Shown here: one piece after another, positions 29,241-41,308 of the stretch | How the letters are laid out: the number at the start of each line of letters is the position of its first letter | Position numbering within the stretch: position 1 is the stretch's first letter | Assembly (NCBI RefSeq): GCF_009914755.1 | Contig: NC_060927.1 | Length of the DNA: 64,000 bases | DNA from: the human T2T-CHM13v2.0 reference genome, Homo sapiens | Reading direction: 5' to 3' (one strand) | Notes under the pieces: model-generated | Seen by the model: the letters and a program-made list of their open reading frames with translations, nothing else | The model's database searches: none | What the model was told of the DNA's origin: nothing | Position numbers and translations under genes: made by a program

Positions 29241-29777
29241 AGTAGTGCTCATAGACATGAACACTGGACAAAGGATCTTGACTTTCCACAGGGTTGGCTG
29301 GCTTCAGCCTTCTCTCTTGTAGTCTTGACCTCTTTTGATTATGTATGTAAGCAATACCCTTCTTGGCTGCCCAGCTGTATCTCTCCTGGGCACACTGTGC
29401 TCTATTAACCATTTTAATATTCCCATGGATCAGGCTTTCTTGGCTCCCATTGAAGTAATTACATCCATTTTGTTTCTTTAAGTGCTGCTATCTGTTCTGT
29501 ACTATTTTGGGATCTCCTCATCCTCATTGCTACTAGGAATCCAGTTCTGTAAAAGCATCTCCTATTTTAGCCCTAGCCTATAGAGGAGAGATGCCACCAA
29601 ACTTCTCAATGATGCTGGAGCTCCCCTAGCACATTCTTTTCCAGCTTAGTAAAAGGGATATTCTTTTTCTTTTTCCTTTTTCCCCTTTATTGTTGCTATT
29701 ATCTTAAGGGATGTTCTCTGGATCTTCCCTAGAAAAGTCAATATAATCAGCTATTGGATTTTGGAAATTATTCAGTA

Positions 29778-31167
29778 CAGGGATTGGCAAAATTTCTCTG
29801 TAAAGAGGCAGATAGTATATCTTTTTGGGTTTGTAGGTCATATGGTCTCTGTTGCAACAATTCAACTCTGCCATTGTAGTGTGAAAGTGCTATAGATTAT
29901 ATACAAATGAATGACTATGACTCTGTTCCAACAAACCTTTATTTATAAACACTAAAATGTTAATTTCATATAATTTTTATGTGTAATAAAATATTCGTTT
30001 TTCTTTCTATAAATTTTTATGTTTTAATTTTTTATATATTTTTTATTTCAATAGGTTTTTGGGGAATAAGTCCTTTAGTGGTGATTTCTGAGATTTTGGT
30101 GCACCCATCACCCGAACAGTGTACACTGTACCCAGTGTGTAGTCCTTTATCCCTCAGCCCTCTCCCACTCTTTTCCCTGAGTCCCCAAAGTCCATTAGTC
30201 CCTTGTATCATTCTTAACGCCTTTGCGTCCTCATAGCTTAGCTCCCACTTCTGAGTGAGAACATACAATGTTTGGTTTTTCATTCCTGAGTTACTTCACT
30301 TATAGTAGTGGTTTCCAATTCCATCCAGGCTGCTGCAAATGCCATTATTTTGTTCCTTTTTATGGCTGAGTAGTATTCCATGGTGTGTATATATATATGT
30401 ATATATATATACATATATATGTATATATACACACACACACGCACACACACACACACAGACACATTACAATTTCTTTATCCACTCATTGATTGATGGGCAT
30501 TTGGGCTGGTTCCATATTTTTGCAATTGCAAATTGTGCTGCTTTTTGTATAATGACTTCTTTTCCTCTGGATAGATACCCAGTAGTGGGATTACTGGATT
30601 AAATCATAGTTCTACTTTTAGTTCCTTAAGGAATCTCCACACTGTTTTCCATAGTCATACTAGTTTACATTCCCACAAGCAGTGTAAAAGTGTTCCCCTT
30701 TCACCACATCCATGCCAACATGGGTTATTTTTTTATTTTTTGATTAAGGCCATTCTTACAAGAGTAAGGTGGTATTGTGTTTTGATTTGCGTTTCCCTGA
30801 TAATTAGTGATGTTGAGCATTTTTTCATATGTTTGTTGGCCATTTGTATATCCTTTTCTGAGAATTGTCTTTTTATGTCCTTAGCCCACTTTTTGATGGG
30901 ATTTTTTTTTCAGCTGATTTGTTTGAGTTCCTTGTAGATTCTGGATATTAGTCCTTTGTTGGATATATAATTTACAAATATTTTCTCCCAATCTGTGGGC
31001 TGTTTACTCTGCTGATTATTTCTTTTGCTGTGCAGAAGATATTACTTTTTAAAACTATTTTTGTTTTAAAAAAACACTTAAAATATAAAAGCCATCTTTA
31101 GTTCAAGGGCTGTAAAAAACCAGCAGTGGGCCATATTTGACCCACAAAACTCAGTTTGCCATTTCTG
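29778..31167 (+). mobile_element. MER58B hAT-Charlie element split by an L1PB insertion
   Basis: CAGGGATTGGCAAA...CAGATAGTA...TATGGTCTCTGTTGCAAC...TCAACTCTGCCATTGTAG on the left; GGGCCATATTTGACCC...AGTTTGCC..CTG on the right. Confidence 0.78.
30035..31040 (-). mobile_element. L1PB (L1PB1-like) 3' end fragment with internal (TA)n(CA)n
   Basis: ORF 30280-30462 gives the ORF2 C-terminus (HTMEYYSAIKRNKIMAFAA.WMELE); 3' UTR TTTAGTGGTGATTTCTGAGATTTTGGTGCACCCATCACC. Confidence 0.85.
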
Positions 31168-31169
31168 AT

Positions 31170-32157
31170 TTAGTAGGTTTATTCTCTGAGCATTTTGTTC
31201 CCCTTTTCCATAGTTTGCCAAAGCAGTGTTGTCATTTCTATTGACAGCAGTATATCAGAATCATCTCCTGGGGCCCTTGTGAGGGTGTTAAATATTGAGC
31301 GTTCCAATATTGACGCATTATCCCTCATCCAGGCTTATGTTCTACCCCCTACCACAATCCATCACCTTCAGAATTCATGCCTAGGCATCTTCTCCCAGTC
31401 CCTGCCAGTAGATGTTAGCCAGGTCCTGTAGTATATAACCTTTCTATTCTCTTAGCAGACCCAGCACTTCCTCCATTAGCATGGGCTGAGATTTTATCCT
31501 AATTACGGGCCTGATGGACAGTAGGGGAGGCAGAGGCAGGGCCCAGCAGGGATTCTTTTCCATCAAGGGGAAGTGGGCCACTTCTGCAGCTCCAGATGGT
31601 ATAAGAGAAGCAGGTGGTTCCTGGCTCTCAAATGCATCTTTCCAGAGATCCTCATTCCAAGTTTCAGGAGACTCCTCCTCTACTATCAAGATGCTAGCTT
31701 TGGCATAGAAAATTTACCTAGGCTTAGAATCAGCCTTCTTTAAAGTCCTGTCCCTCTTACAATTAGCTTATGTACCTGGTCTTCAGCTGTGGATAGACGA
31801 GTGTCTTTTAAATGCTGCCAAGGAGGAGCTTTAACTCTCACACTTTGAGTTGCTGATAGATCTGAGGCTGTCATTTTCTCACTTCAGTCCATCGGTGCAA
31901 TTTAGCAAAAGTCAATTTTGAGTCCTAATATTAACTATTACCCTATACTGTTGACCCAATTCCAGAGTTCTAACACTATTTACCCTATACACCTCAAATG
32001 TTAGAGTCAGTACACCAGCTCATAGTTTCCATCCATCTGTGTCCCATCTCATTTCACCACCAGTCATGGGGTTTGTGTTGCCATCTAGCAGGTGAATGAT
32101 CCCATTCCACAATCCTGTTCTTACAGGCTGCCTTCTAGGACTATTCCCAGCAGCAAC
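31170..32157 (-). mobile_element. ERVL internal remnant (gag region), adjoining an LTR16-like 5' LTR
   Basis: Minus-strand ORF 31444-31689 (EESPETWNEDLW) resembles the ERVL gag motif EWDPETWDGDIW; a degenerate PBS-like segment lies next to the LTR. Confidence 0.55.
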
Positions 32158-32527
32158 TGTTTTAGATCAGGTCCCCGGAAATAGAGCCTGACATGCAAAT
32201 TTTGGTGAGAGTGACTTATTGGGACAGCTCTCAGATGAAAAGTAGTGAAGGAAGCAGTATAGGGAGGGCTAAGGGAAGAAAGCTCAGCATGGATATGGTC
32301 TCAGCTGGAGACTTGGCTGAAGCAAGAATTGTACAGAGTCGGTTGAACCTTTAGGCAGGGAGCTGGCATTTTGGAAATCCACCTAGGTCAGTCATTACTT
32401 CTGGCTGCTCACCAGCGAGGGCCCAAGAGCAATTCTCCAGAGAAGGGGCTGCTGTGAGCTCACAGCGTACACTCCCAGCATCTGGAAAATGGGAGTGCTG
32501 GTCAGGTAGAGAGATCTGAGCAGGAAC
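32158..32527 (-). mobile_element. LTR16-like ERVL LTR
   Basis: TGTTTTAGATCAGGTCCCCGGAAATAGAGCCTGA...GTGA.TTATT...GTGAAGGAAGCAG.ATAGG. Confidence 0.6.
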
Positions 32528-32660
32528 TGTACATTAGTTATGGGTCTCCGGAGGGACAGAACCAATAGGAGATATAGATGGATGGATGGATGGATGGATG
32601 GATGGATGGATGGATGGATGGATGGTTGGATGGATGGATGGGTGGGTGGATGGATGGATG

Positions 32661-32703
<43 letters not shown>

Positions 32704-33214
32704 GAGGAGGGATTTGTTAGGGGAATTTGTTCAGGTGATTGTAAAGGCTGAGAAGTCTCACCACAGGCTGTCTGCAAGCTGGAGACCTTGGGATGCTGGT
32801 AGCATGGCTCAGTTCAAGTCCAACAGCCTCAGAACCACTGAGGCTGTTGGTGTAATTCTCAGTCCAAGGCTAAGGGCCTGAAAACCCAGGGTCAGGAGCA
32901 CTGGTTTAAGTCCTGGAGTCCGAAAGCCAGGGAGCCTGGTGTCCTGATGTCCAAGGACAGGATGAGAAGAGTGTGTCCCAACTCCAAAGAGAGAAAGTAC
33001 AATTTTGCCTCTCTTCTGTTTTGGGAAAGGCAGGCCTCCAGGTGAGTGGATGGTGCTTGGCTACATTTAGAGTGTATCTTACCTACTCACTTCACTCAGA
33101 CTGACATGCCAATCTCCTTTGGAAACACCCTCACAGACACACCCAAAATGGGCTTTACTAGCTCTCTCAGCTCCCTTAATCCAGTTAAGATGATACCTAA
33201 AATTAGCTATGACA
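32528..33214 (-). mobile_element. MLT2 (MLT2B-like) LTR with an expanded internal tetranucleotide repeat
   Basis: GACAGAACCAATAGGAGATA...GGCTGAGAAGTC..CA.GCTGTCTGCAAGCTGGAGAC...GGAAACACCCTCACAGACACACCC. Confidence 0.85.
32577..32703. repeat. Compound (GGAT)n(GATA)n STR
   Basis: Direct read. Confidence 0.95.
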
Positions 33215-33254
33215 GGCACAACAGCATTCACTACAGACCTTGAGAGCCCATAGA

Positions 33255-33470
33255 CTGTGTTATTTAGGAGCATGTTCTTTGGAATCAGACAGTCCTAGGT
33301 TTGGGTCCCAACTCAACCACTTGAGTAGCTGTACCACCTAACTTTGATGAACCTCAGTTTTCTCATCTGTAAAATGCCGATAATTATGGCATTGCCTTCA
33401 TAAGGTCATGAGAAAACTTCAGTCAAATAATAATTAATGTAAGGCACTTAGCATTTTTCCTAGCATGTAA
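33255..33470 (+). mobile_element. MIR SINE
   Basis: GGAATCAGACAG.CCTAGGTTTG...AACCTCAGTTTTCTCATCTGTAAAATG. Confidence 0.75.
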
Positions 33471-33485
33471 GCTGGAAAGGTGAGT

Positions 33486-33545
33486 GGGACCATCACAAGG
33501 GATGTTTTTGGGATCATCACAAGGGATGTTTTGGGGATCATCACA
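33486..33545. repeat. 24-bp tandem repeat, about 2.5 copies (GGGATCATCACAAGGGATGTTTTT)
   Basis: Direct read. Confidence 0.9.
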
Positions 33546-33669
33546 GTTTCTTATGAGGAATGTAGTGAAATTATGGTCTTCTTGGGCAAAATTTTCTATA
33601 CAATTTACAAATCCCCTGAAATCCAGCTGTGCATCTCAGGTTAAGCACCCTCCTATATACAGTGGAGCC

Positions 33670-34600
33670 ATTGAAGAGTTTTAGGCAGAAATATGGACTG
33701 ACACAACTTTTGTTTTTGAAAATCACTCTGCTGGTGACCATGTGGAGTTGGACTAGAAGTAAGAGGGAGTCCAGAGACAGTGAGGATGAAGCCCAGGTGT
33801 GAGAGAAGACATGGATATAGAGATGGAAAAGAGGGAGTAGATTTCAGAACTGCCTAGGATTAAAATTGGATGAAGTTTTACAGATAAATTGAGTTGAACA
33901 TTAGCCTCCAGATTTCTGCTCAGCTGGTGCCATAAACCAGGGCAGTGAATTATAGGGGCAGGAGTGGTTTGTTGGGGCAGGAATGTGATGGTGTCGTTTG
34001 AGACAATTTGAGTCTGAGCTTGCCGTGGGTCATCAGGTGATGATGCCCAGTGGACAGGTGGACACCTGCATCTGGAGCTCAGGGCAGAAGCCTGGGCTAG
34101 TTTAGATAGAGATTTGGGCATCTTCAGAGGACAGATGGTGGTTGTAGATGTAAGAAAGTAGATGCTCATGAAATCACTCAGAGAGCATGTTTAGCGTGAG
34201 AGAAAGCAGAGAGCAGAACCCTGGGGAACCCCACGGTTTGGGGAGCTGATGTGCAAAGAGAAAAGGGGCAGGCCTGGCTGAAGACGAAGGTGGGGGTTCA
34301 AAGGAGGAGAAGAAAATCAGGAGAGAGTGATGCCAAAGGATCCAGAGAAAGAGAACATTTCAGAAAGTAAGAGGTCGACAGAGTCAAGTGCAGTAAACAG
34401 TACAAGAAAATAGAGAATGGAAAGCTGCCTCACTAAGCTTAGTGAACAGGAAGTAACAAGGTGTGTGGCACGTGGTATATGTAGTAAGTGCAGTTTCCGT
34501 GGACTAGTTAGCATTTAAATCTAGCTGTAACGCGGTTGAGAAATTAAGGGCTAAGGAATTGGTGTTGGTAAGAACATAAGTTTGCTGGTGTGCATGTGTG
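33670..34600 (-). mobile_element. L2 LINE remnant
   Basis: Purine-rich L2 antisense hallmarks (TTGAAAATCACTCTG, TGGAGCTCAGGG.AGAAG.CTGGGCT, AGATTTGGG..TC.TCAG). Confidence 0.7.
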
Positions 34601-34687
34601 TAAGAAAGGAAGAGAGAGATGTCATATTGGGGATTAACTGTTGAATAACATCCCCACATACTCACTTTGTAGTTTGTTTGTTTTTAG

Positions 34688-34924
34688 AAGAAAGCCCTCA
34701 GAATCCATTCTGTGGAAGGTGACCTCAGGAGAAAATCAGCTGGACAGGAGGAATGGAGCCCCAGTGCTCCCTCACCCCCAGGAAGCTGTGTCCAGGCAGA
34801 AGCTGCACCTGCTGGGCTCTGTGGAGAGCAGCGGGGAGAGGACTGTGCCGAGCTGCATGACTACTTCAATGTCCTGAGTTACAGAAGCCTGGGTAACTGC
34901 AGCTTCTTCACAGAGACTGGTTAG
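34688..34924 (+). CDS. TIGIT: TIGIT coding exon 4 (cytoplasmic tail with ITT-like Y225 and ITIM Y231)
   Basis: Acceptor TTTTTAG|AAG; KKALRIHSVEGD...HDYFNVLSYRSLGNCSFFTETG*; the four exons total 735 nt = 244 aa plus stop. Confidence 0.97.
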   Translation, partial: KKALRIHSVEGDLRRKSAGQEEWSPSAPSPPGSCVQAEAAPAGLCGEQRGEDCAELHDYFNVLSYRSLGNCSFFTETG

Positions 34925-35011
34925 CAACCAGAGGCATCTTCTGGAAGATACACTTTTGTCTTTGCTATTATAGATGAATATATAAGCAGCTGTACTCTCC
35001 ATCAGTGCTGC

Positions 35012-35043
35012 GTGTGTGTGTGTGTGTGTATGTGTGTGTGTGT
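35012..35043. repeat. (GT)n microsatellite in the TIGIT 3' UTR
   Basis: Direct read. Confidence 0.93.
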
Positions 35044-36854
35044 TCAGTTGAGTGAATAAATGTCATCCTCTTCTCCATCTTCATTTCCTTGGCCTTTTCG
35101 TTCTATTCCATTTTGCATTATGGCAGGCCTAGGGTGAGTAACGTGGATCTTGATCATAAATGCAAAATTAAAAAATATCTTGACCTGGTTTTAAATCTGG
35201 CAGTTTGAGCAGATCCTATGTCTCTGAGAGACACATTCCTCATAATGGCCAGCATTTTGGGCTACAAGGTTTTGTGGTTGATGATGAGGATGGCATGACT
35301 GCAGAGCCATCCTCATCTCATTTTTTCACGTCATTTTCAGTAACTTTCACTCATTCAAAGGCAGGTTATAAGTAAGTCCTGGTAGCAGCCTCTATGGGGA
35401 GATTTGAGAGTGACTAAATCTTGGTATCTGCCCTCAAGAACTTACAGTTAAATGGGGAGACAATGTTGTCATGAAAAGGTATTATAGTAAGGAGAGAAGG
35501 AGACATACACAGGCCTTCAGGAAGAGACGACAGTTTGGGGTGAGGTAGTTGGCATAGGCTTATCTGTGATGAAGTGGCCTGGGAGCACCAAGGGGATGTT
35601 GAGGCTAGTCTGGGAGGAGCAGGAGTTTTGTCTAGGGAACTTGTAGGAAATTCTTGGAGCTGAAAGTCCCACAAAGAAGGCCCTGGCACCAAGGGAGTCA
35701 GCAAACTTCAGATTTTATTCTCTGGGCAGGCATTTCAAGTTTCCTTTTGCTGTGACATACTCATCCATTAGACAGCCTGATACAGGCCTGTAGCCTCTTC
35801 CGGCCGTGTGTGCTGGGGAAGCCCCAGGAAACGCACATGCCCACACAGGGAGCCAAGTCGTAGCATTTGGGCCTTGATCTACCTTTTCTGCATCAATACA
35901 CTCTTGAGCCTTTGAAAAAAGAACGTTTCCCACTAAAAAGAAAATGTGGATTTTTAAAATAGGGACTCTTCCTAGGGGAAAAAGGGGGGCTGGGAGTGAT
36001 AGAGGGTTTAAAAAATAAACACCTTCAAACTAACTTCTTCGAACCCTTTTATTCACTCCCTGACGACTTTGTGCTGGGGTTGGGGTAACTGAACTGCTTA
36101 TTTCTGTTTAATTGCATTCAGGCTGGATCTTAGAAGACTTTTATCCTTCCACCATCTCTCTCAGAGGAATGAGCGGGGAGGTTGGATTTACTGGTGACTG
36201 ATTTTCTTTCATGGGCCAAGGAACTGAAAGAGAATGTGAAGCAAGGTTGTGTCTTGCGCATGGTTAAAAATAAAGCATTGTCCTGCTTCCTAAGACTTAG
36301 ACTGGGGTTGACAATTGTTTTAGCAACAAGACAATTCAACTATTTCTCCTAGGATTTTTATTATTATTATTTTTTCACTTTTCTACCAAATGGGTTACAT
36401 AGGAAGAATGAACTGAAATCTGTCCAGAGCTCCAAGTCCTTTGGAAGAAAGATTAGATGAACGTAAAAATGTTGTTGTTTGCTGTGGCAGTTTACAGCAT
36501 TTTTCTTGCAAAATTAGTGCAAATCTGTTGGAAATAGAACACAATTCACAAATTGGAAGTGAACTAAAATGTAATGACAAAAAGGGAGTAGTGTTTTGAT
36601 TTGGAGGAGGTGTATATTCGGCAGAGGTTGGACTGAGAGTTGGGTGTTATTTAACATAATTATGGTAATTGGGAAACATTTATAAACACTATTGGGATGG
36701 TGATAAAATACAAAAGGGCCTATAGATGTTAGAAATGGGTCAGGTTACTGAAATGGGATTCAATTTGAAAAAAATTTTTTTAAATAGAACTCACTGAACT
36801 AGATTCTCCTCTGAGAACCAGAGAAGACCATTTCATAGTTGGATTCCTGGAGAC

Positions 36855-37170
36855 ATGCGCTATCCACCACGTAGCCACTTTCCACATGTGGCCATCAACC
36901 ACTTAAGATGGGGTTAGTTTAAATCAAGATGTGCTGTTATAATTGGTATAAGCATAAAATCACACTAGATTCTGGAGATTTAATATGAATAATAAGAATA
37001 CTATTTCAGTAGTTTTGGTATATTGTGTGTCAAAAATGATAATATTTTGGATGTATTGGGTGAAATAAAATATTAACATTAGTTTCATGCTTCTTTTTAT
37101 CTTTTTAACGTGGCTACTGGAAAGTCTAAAATTGCATATGTGGCTCTCATATTTCTATGTGACTGTGCTG
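36855..37170 (-). mobile_element. MER33 hAT-Charlie MITE
   Basis: GTAGCCAC...CACATGTGGC...AATGATAATATTTTGGATGTATTGGGTGAAATAAAATAT...GTGGCTACTGGAAA..TAAAATTGCATATGTGGCTC. Confidence 0.8.
37064..37069 (+). terminator. TIGIT: Distal TIGIT polyadenylation signal AATAAA
   Basis: AATAAA followed by a U-rich element (CTTCTTTTTATCTTTTT) about 20-40 nt downstream. Confidence 0.7.
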
Positions 37171-38006
37171 CTCTAGTAGCTAAACCCAAGCCAAACTGAT
37201 ACCCAGGGAGGGTGTCTATCTATGTCTATTGGTCTCCATTTCTTTTTCTTTCAAAATAGTGTTTGAGGAAGATTTTCCTGCTTATGATGTCTTTTGGGAA
37301 ATATGTAGGGAAGCATCACAGAGAAGATTGAGGAAGGGGAACACTCAGTGCTGACAGGAAGCGATGCCAGGCTTTTCTGGGTCCCCTCGTGGATTCCCTA
37401 ACAGGAGGAGCGAATAGACAAATCTATGAATGAGCATTCAAGGAGGAATACATTACTGATTCCCTGACCACATTCTAAGCCTGGGCGTACAAGTCTGATC
37501 TATAATCCTGAGAATTATACTAAAGAAACGTGAGAAACTTTGAGTCATGGAGCTTTGAGATAGATGGTCTTCATGAGTGAACAGGACCTCACTATGCAAT
37601 TTTATTTCCTGCCTTTTCCCCTTTTCATTTCTCACCACTGTGAGCCCCAGAAATGAGTCGTCATACACTCAGGTTCATTCAGATTCCATCAGTGCTGAGC
37701 TGGACAGGCAGGGAGGCTGGGTGTGAGGTCCACCAATGACAGCATTCTGGTGGGCACACCTCACCCCACAGAGAGGGGGCAATGGGCAGTGTGGCTGTCA
37801 TTTGTGGGGTGTGAGTTTTGTTTAGTCTCCTGATTCTTTCAGGTGCTGCTTCATAGCTGTAACTGGTAGTTTCCCACACTTACTCCAAGTCACACCTGTC
37901 AAGAGGTACAGGGGAGCTTTTTGTGTGGCAAGAGCCTGAGCTTTCTGGAAGTCACAACGATATACTCAATGTTTGAGGTAATTTATTTGCATAAGGTAGT
38001 GTAGGA

Positions 38007-38217
38007 CAATGCTATCCAAAGAACTTTCTGCAATTATGGAAATGCTCTATGTCTGTCCCATCCAGTATGGTAGCCATTAGCTGCATGTGGCTGTTGAGCA
38101 CTTGAAATTTGGCTAATGTGACAAAGAAACTGAATTTTAAATTTTATTTCATTGTAATTAACAAATTTAAATGTAAATAGCAACATGTGACTGGTGGCTA
38201 GTATATTGGACATTCCA
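38007..38217 (+). mobile_element. MER3 hAT-Charlie MITE
   Basis: GCTATCCAAAGAACTTTCTGCAAT.ATGGAAATG..CTAT...GGTAGCCA.TAGC..CATGTGGCT.TTGAGCACTTGAAAT...TATTGGACA. Confidence 0.85.
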
Positions 38218-41200
38218 ATTCTAGTAATTGCCTTGCATATAGAGAAAACACAGACAGCTGTGTTTATAGGACATTGGATGGCTCGCCAGTTGTTATGCAT
38301 TTGAAATGGCTATCACCAGGAAGAAACTTGAAGGTTCTCCTCTACTCTCCTATATCCATCCTCTGATCGAGACAAACCATGAGGTCAAAGCAGGCTGTAC
38401 ATTTATTTATTTCAGGTTTTTTCAAAAAAAAAAATCTGAGGCAGCTAAGTGGTCCAGTTCATGTAAATAGGGCCAAAATTGTCAAGAAATTTGCAACTCA
38501 TAGGGGTTATGCAGAAATAGACTGTCATCACAGGACTTACCATAGACTATATTCATTCTGACTTCATGTAGGCTGTGAAGAGCACCTTCTCTGGGACTAA
38601 AACTCTGATGGACTTCACAGAGATCAAAAAAGAAGTAATCATGGAGTGTAGTGGACAGGGAATTTAGAAACTTGGTCCAAGTGCTGAGCTCTGCAATTAG
38701 TTTCACGACTTTGGATAAGCCACTTAACCTATCAAAGACTCATAAATATTTCCTCATTTATAAAATGGTAATATTACTATCTTTCTAAGATTCTTAAGAA
38801 GATGAGGCAGGAACGTGGCTGACTGCTTTGTGAGCTGCAAGATGCTGGGTTAATATTATTGTGTTCTGCCCCAGGAACACGTGCACCAGGTAATGCTAAT
38901 GATGCCACAGAAGTTTTCATGGAGGCAACAAAACTGGCTTGGAGCAACTGAGGTATCTGAAATTATCTATCAATCAATGTTCTTAAAAACTGAGATATAA
39001 GGAAAGCTAAGAGTTGCAGATACAGCCTTGGGGTCCACAAGTTCTCTGCAAGCGTTTAAACATTGTGTGTTTTAAGTGAAATGATAATCTTCAAAGAAGT
39101 CATCTATATCTGGATGTTGATAGCCTTCTTAAAACAGAGTGTTGTCATTGGTTTTAGCCTCTATGTTTGTGTTTATACATATAAACTTGATTATAATCAA
39201 GTTTATTTAAAGGCACAGAAGCTTAATTTATAAATGATTCATTTACTCCCAGATGGGTGGAGAAGTGGAAGACTTTGCAGTATTGAACTAACAGGAAAGT
39301 GAAGCGATAATTGCTTTACTTTGCACACTGTAGTGTAGGGATGTTGTATTCAGAAGGGTGTGTGCAGTACACTTAACTTTGTGAGCCATGAATTAGATTC
39401 AGGAAAGCATCATTCTATGCACTCATTGTTATTGTAGACATTACTAATTTTATAGTTTTACTTGTACTTAATTAGTAACTTGTAGTTTTATAATTCTACA
39501 AGGGATATAAGCATAGTAAGTTCACTTGTCGTTGTGTTTGAGCCTATTTAAGAATGTCTATAATAAAATAATTATGCATATTATGAATTTATTACTAGAT
39601 ATTATAATAAGAATAATTATTTTATTATTATCGCCTCCCATTGAGGAGGTCTGTGAAACTATTTTTTTTCCTTCATATGGGCATACACACATTACTCAAG
39701 TTTGAGAATAATGGTATGGTATAAATATTATTGGATTTCAGAAAACCTGACCTCAGGCACTAGTTTATTGTTTTTTATTGGAAAAACACATATTTCTGAA
39801 CCTGTGTTTTTATAAATTAGTGCAATCATAGCTACATCACAATATTTACAGTATAACTGTGAAGATGAAGGATATTAAGGAGAAACTTTGTAAACTGTGA
39901 AGTACCATATGAGTAGCGTATGTGTCATTTACAATTATTACAGCCTGTATATAAATCGCACCACAATGTTTTTAACAGGTACAGAAGAAAACTTAAGAGT
40001 GTGTGGATAGTGCAAAGAGAGATCCAAGACTTTGGGTGAAGCTGGCTGGCATTGTTAAGAAGATGTTGGTTCACAGAAATGATATAGAGACAAATTATGC
40101 ATCATGAAAATATTTTCTTCCTCTTTATACTTCTAGACTATCAATCAGGTTGACTTAGAAGTTCAGCAATTGAGTTGCAAGAAGTAAATATTTAAATTCA
40201 CAGTGGTAATGTTGAAATCTCAGGAATTTATTGACATCCTTTCAGTCTAGAGGTCTCTTGATGACTCTCCCCATCCCAAGCTCATGCCTGGATATTTTTG
40301 TGCTCCTCACACTGGTGGAAATGTCTGTCCACACTCAGCTTCTCCAACTCAAAGCTTAGTGTTCTTGCGAGTCCCCAAACTAGACCGCTTATTCTTTGGA
40401 CCCTTTCTTGACTCACTCTAGCCATTATCAACTTCCTGTTAGTTTAGAAACTCCCTTGGCATTGAGAGTCTGAATGGCACAATCTAGCTCTTGATTTTAT
40501 ACAAACCTCTCTTCATGTCTAGTTGTTAGATTTTAAGCCTTCTCATGGCTGAAATAATTTCCTCTCTTTTATTCATACATTGCACAGTGCTGACTGAAAT
40601 ACAGAAGACATTGTGAATTTAATTTGTGTTGACTTCACCAAGGACAAACAAGATATAAGTTTTCTTCACCATATTAGCACTTTCTGTAAGAATGATGAGA
40701 TCAGAGAGCTCTTTATGGCCAGGGTCACTATAACAAAGAATCTATGGGCCAAATAGGAGTCCCTTATGAGTCTCCAAAGTCATTAAAGAGGGGCATGTTT
40801 TGTGCCATGAACTTTCCTTTTTTGCATATGGAGCTGAGAAACCCAAAAGTTAAAAAGGAGACTCAGTGATAGATTCATGGATAACAGAGATGGGTGGAAA
40901 CAAGAATAGGTGGGCATAGTGTTATAATATGGGATTGATTATTTCCACAGCAGGCAGACTGTGATTTGCATGTGGAAAAGGAAAAAATGTGAATCAATTT
41001 GTAGAGCAATAAGTGATCCTTGTCATTTTTGAGGTTTGAATATGTATAAGACAATACACCAATTTGCTTTATATTTCCTCAAAGTGACTTCGACATCACC
41101 AATCCTGTCTGTAGTTCCTACTTCTTGTATTGAGAAGACTAATATACTCAGAGTTTTTCTGGCCTTGTAGGTAGAGTCCTCAGTTTGGATAAATAATCTC

Positions 41201-41308
41201 AGATTAGACATAGAATACAATGTGTGAAAGAATGTGGAGAACTGCCTAAAACAGAAACTACAGTATAAAGAAGACACAATAGGAAACCAAGAGAAGAGTT
41301 TTTTTTTT

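Larger units (their letters stand above)
34925..37085 (+). other. TIGIT: TIGIT 3' UTR
   Basis: Follows the stop codon; AATAAA at 35055, 36014, 36269 and 37064; the distal end fits an mRNA of about 3 kb as I recall it. Confidence 0.75.

Noticed and set aside
33486-33545. Short repeat arrays (also 43201-43261) as CRISPR-like
   Set aside because: Head-to-tail minisatellites without unique spacers, in human DNA with no cas genes
39557-39600. Imperfect AT-rich palindrome between the two genes
   Set aside because: Low-complexity AT sequence forms such hairpins by chance
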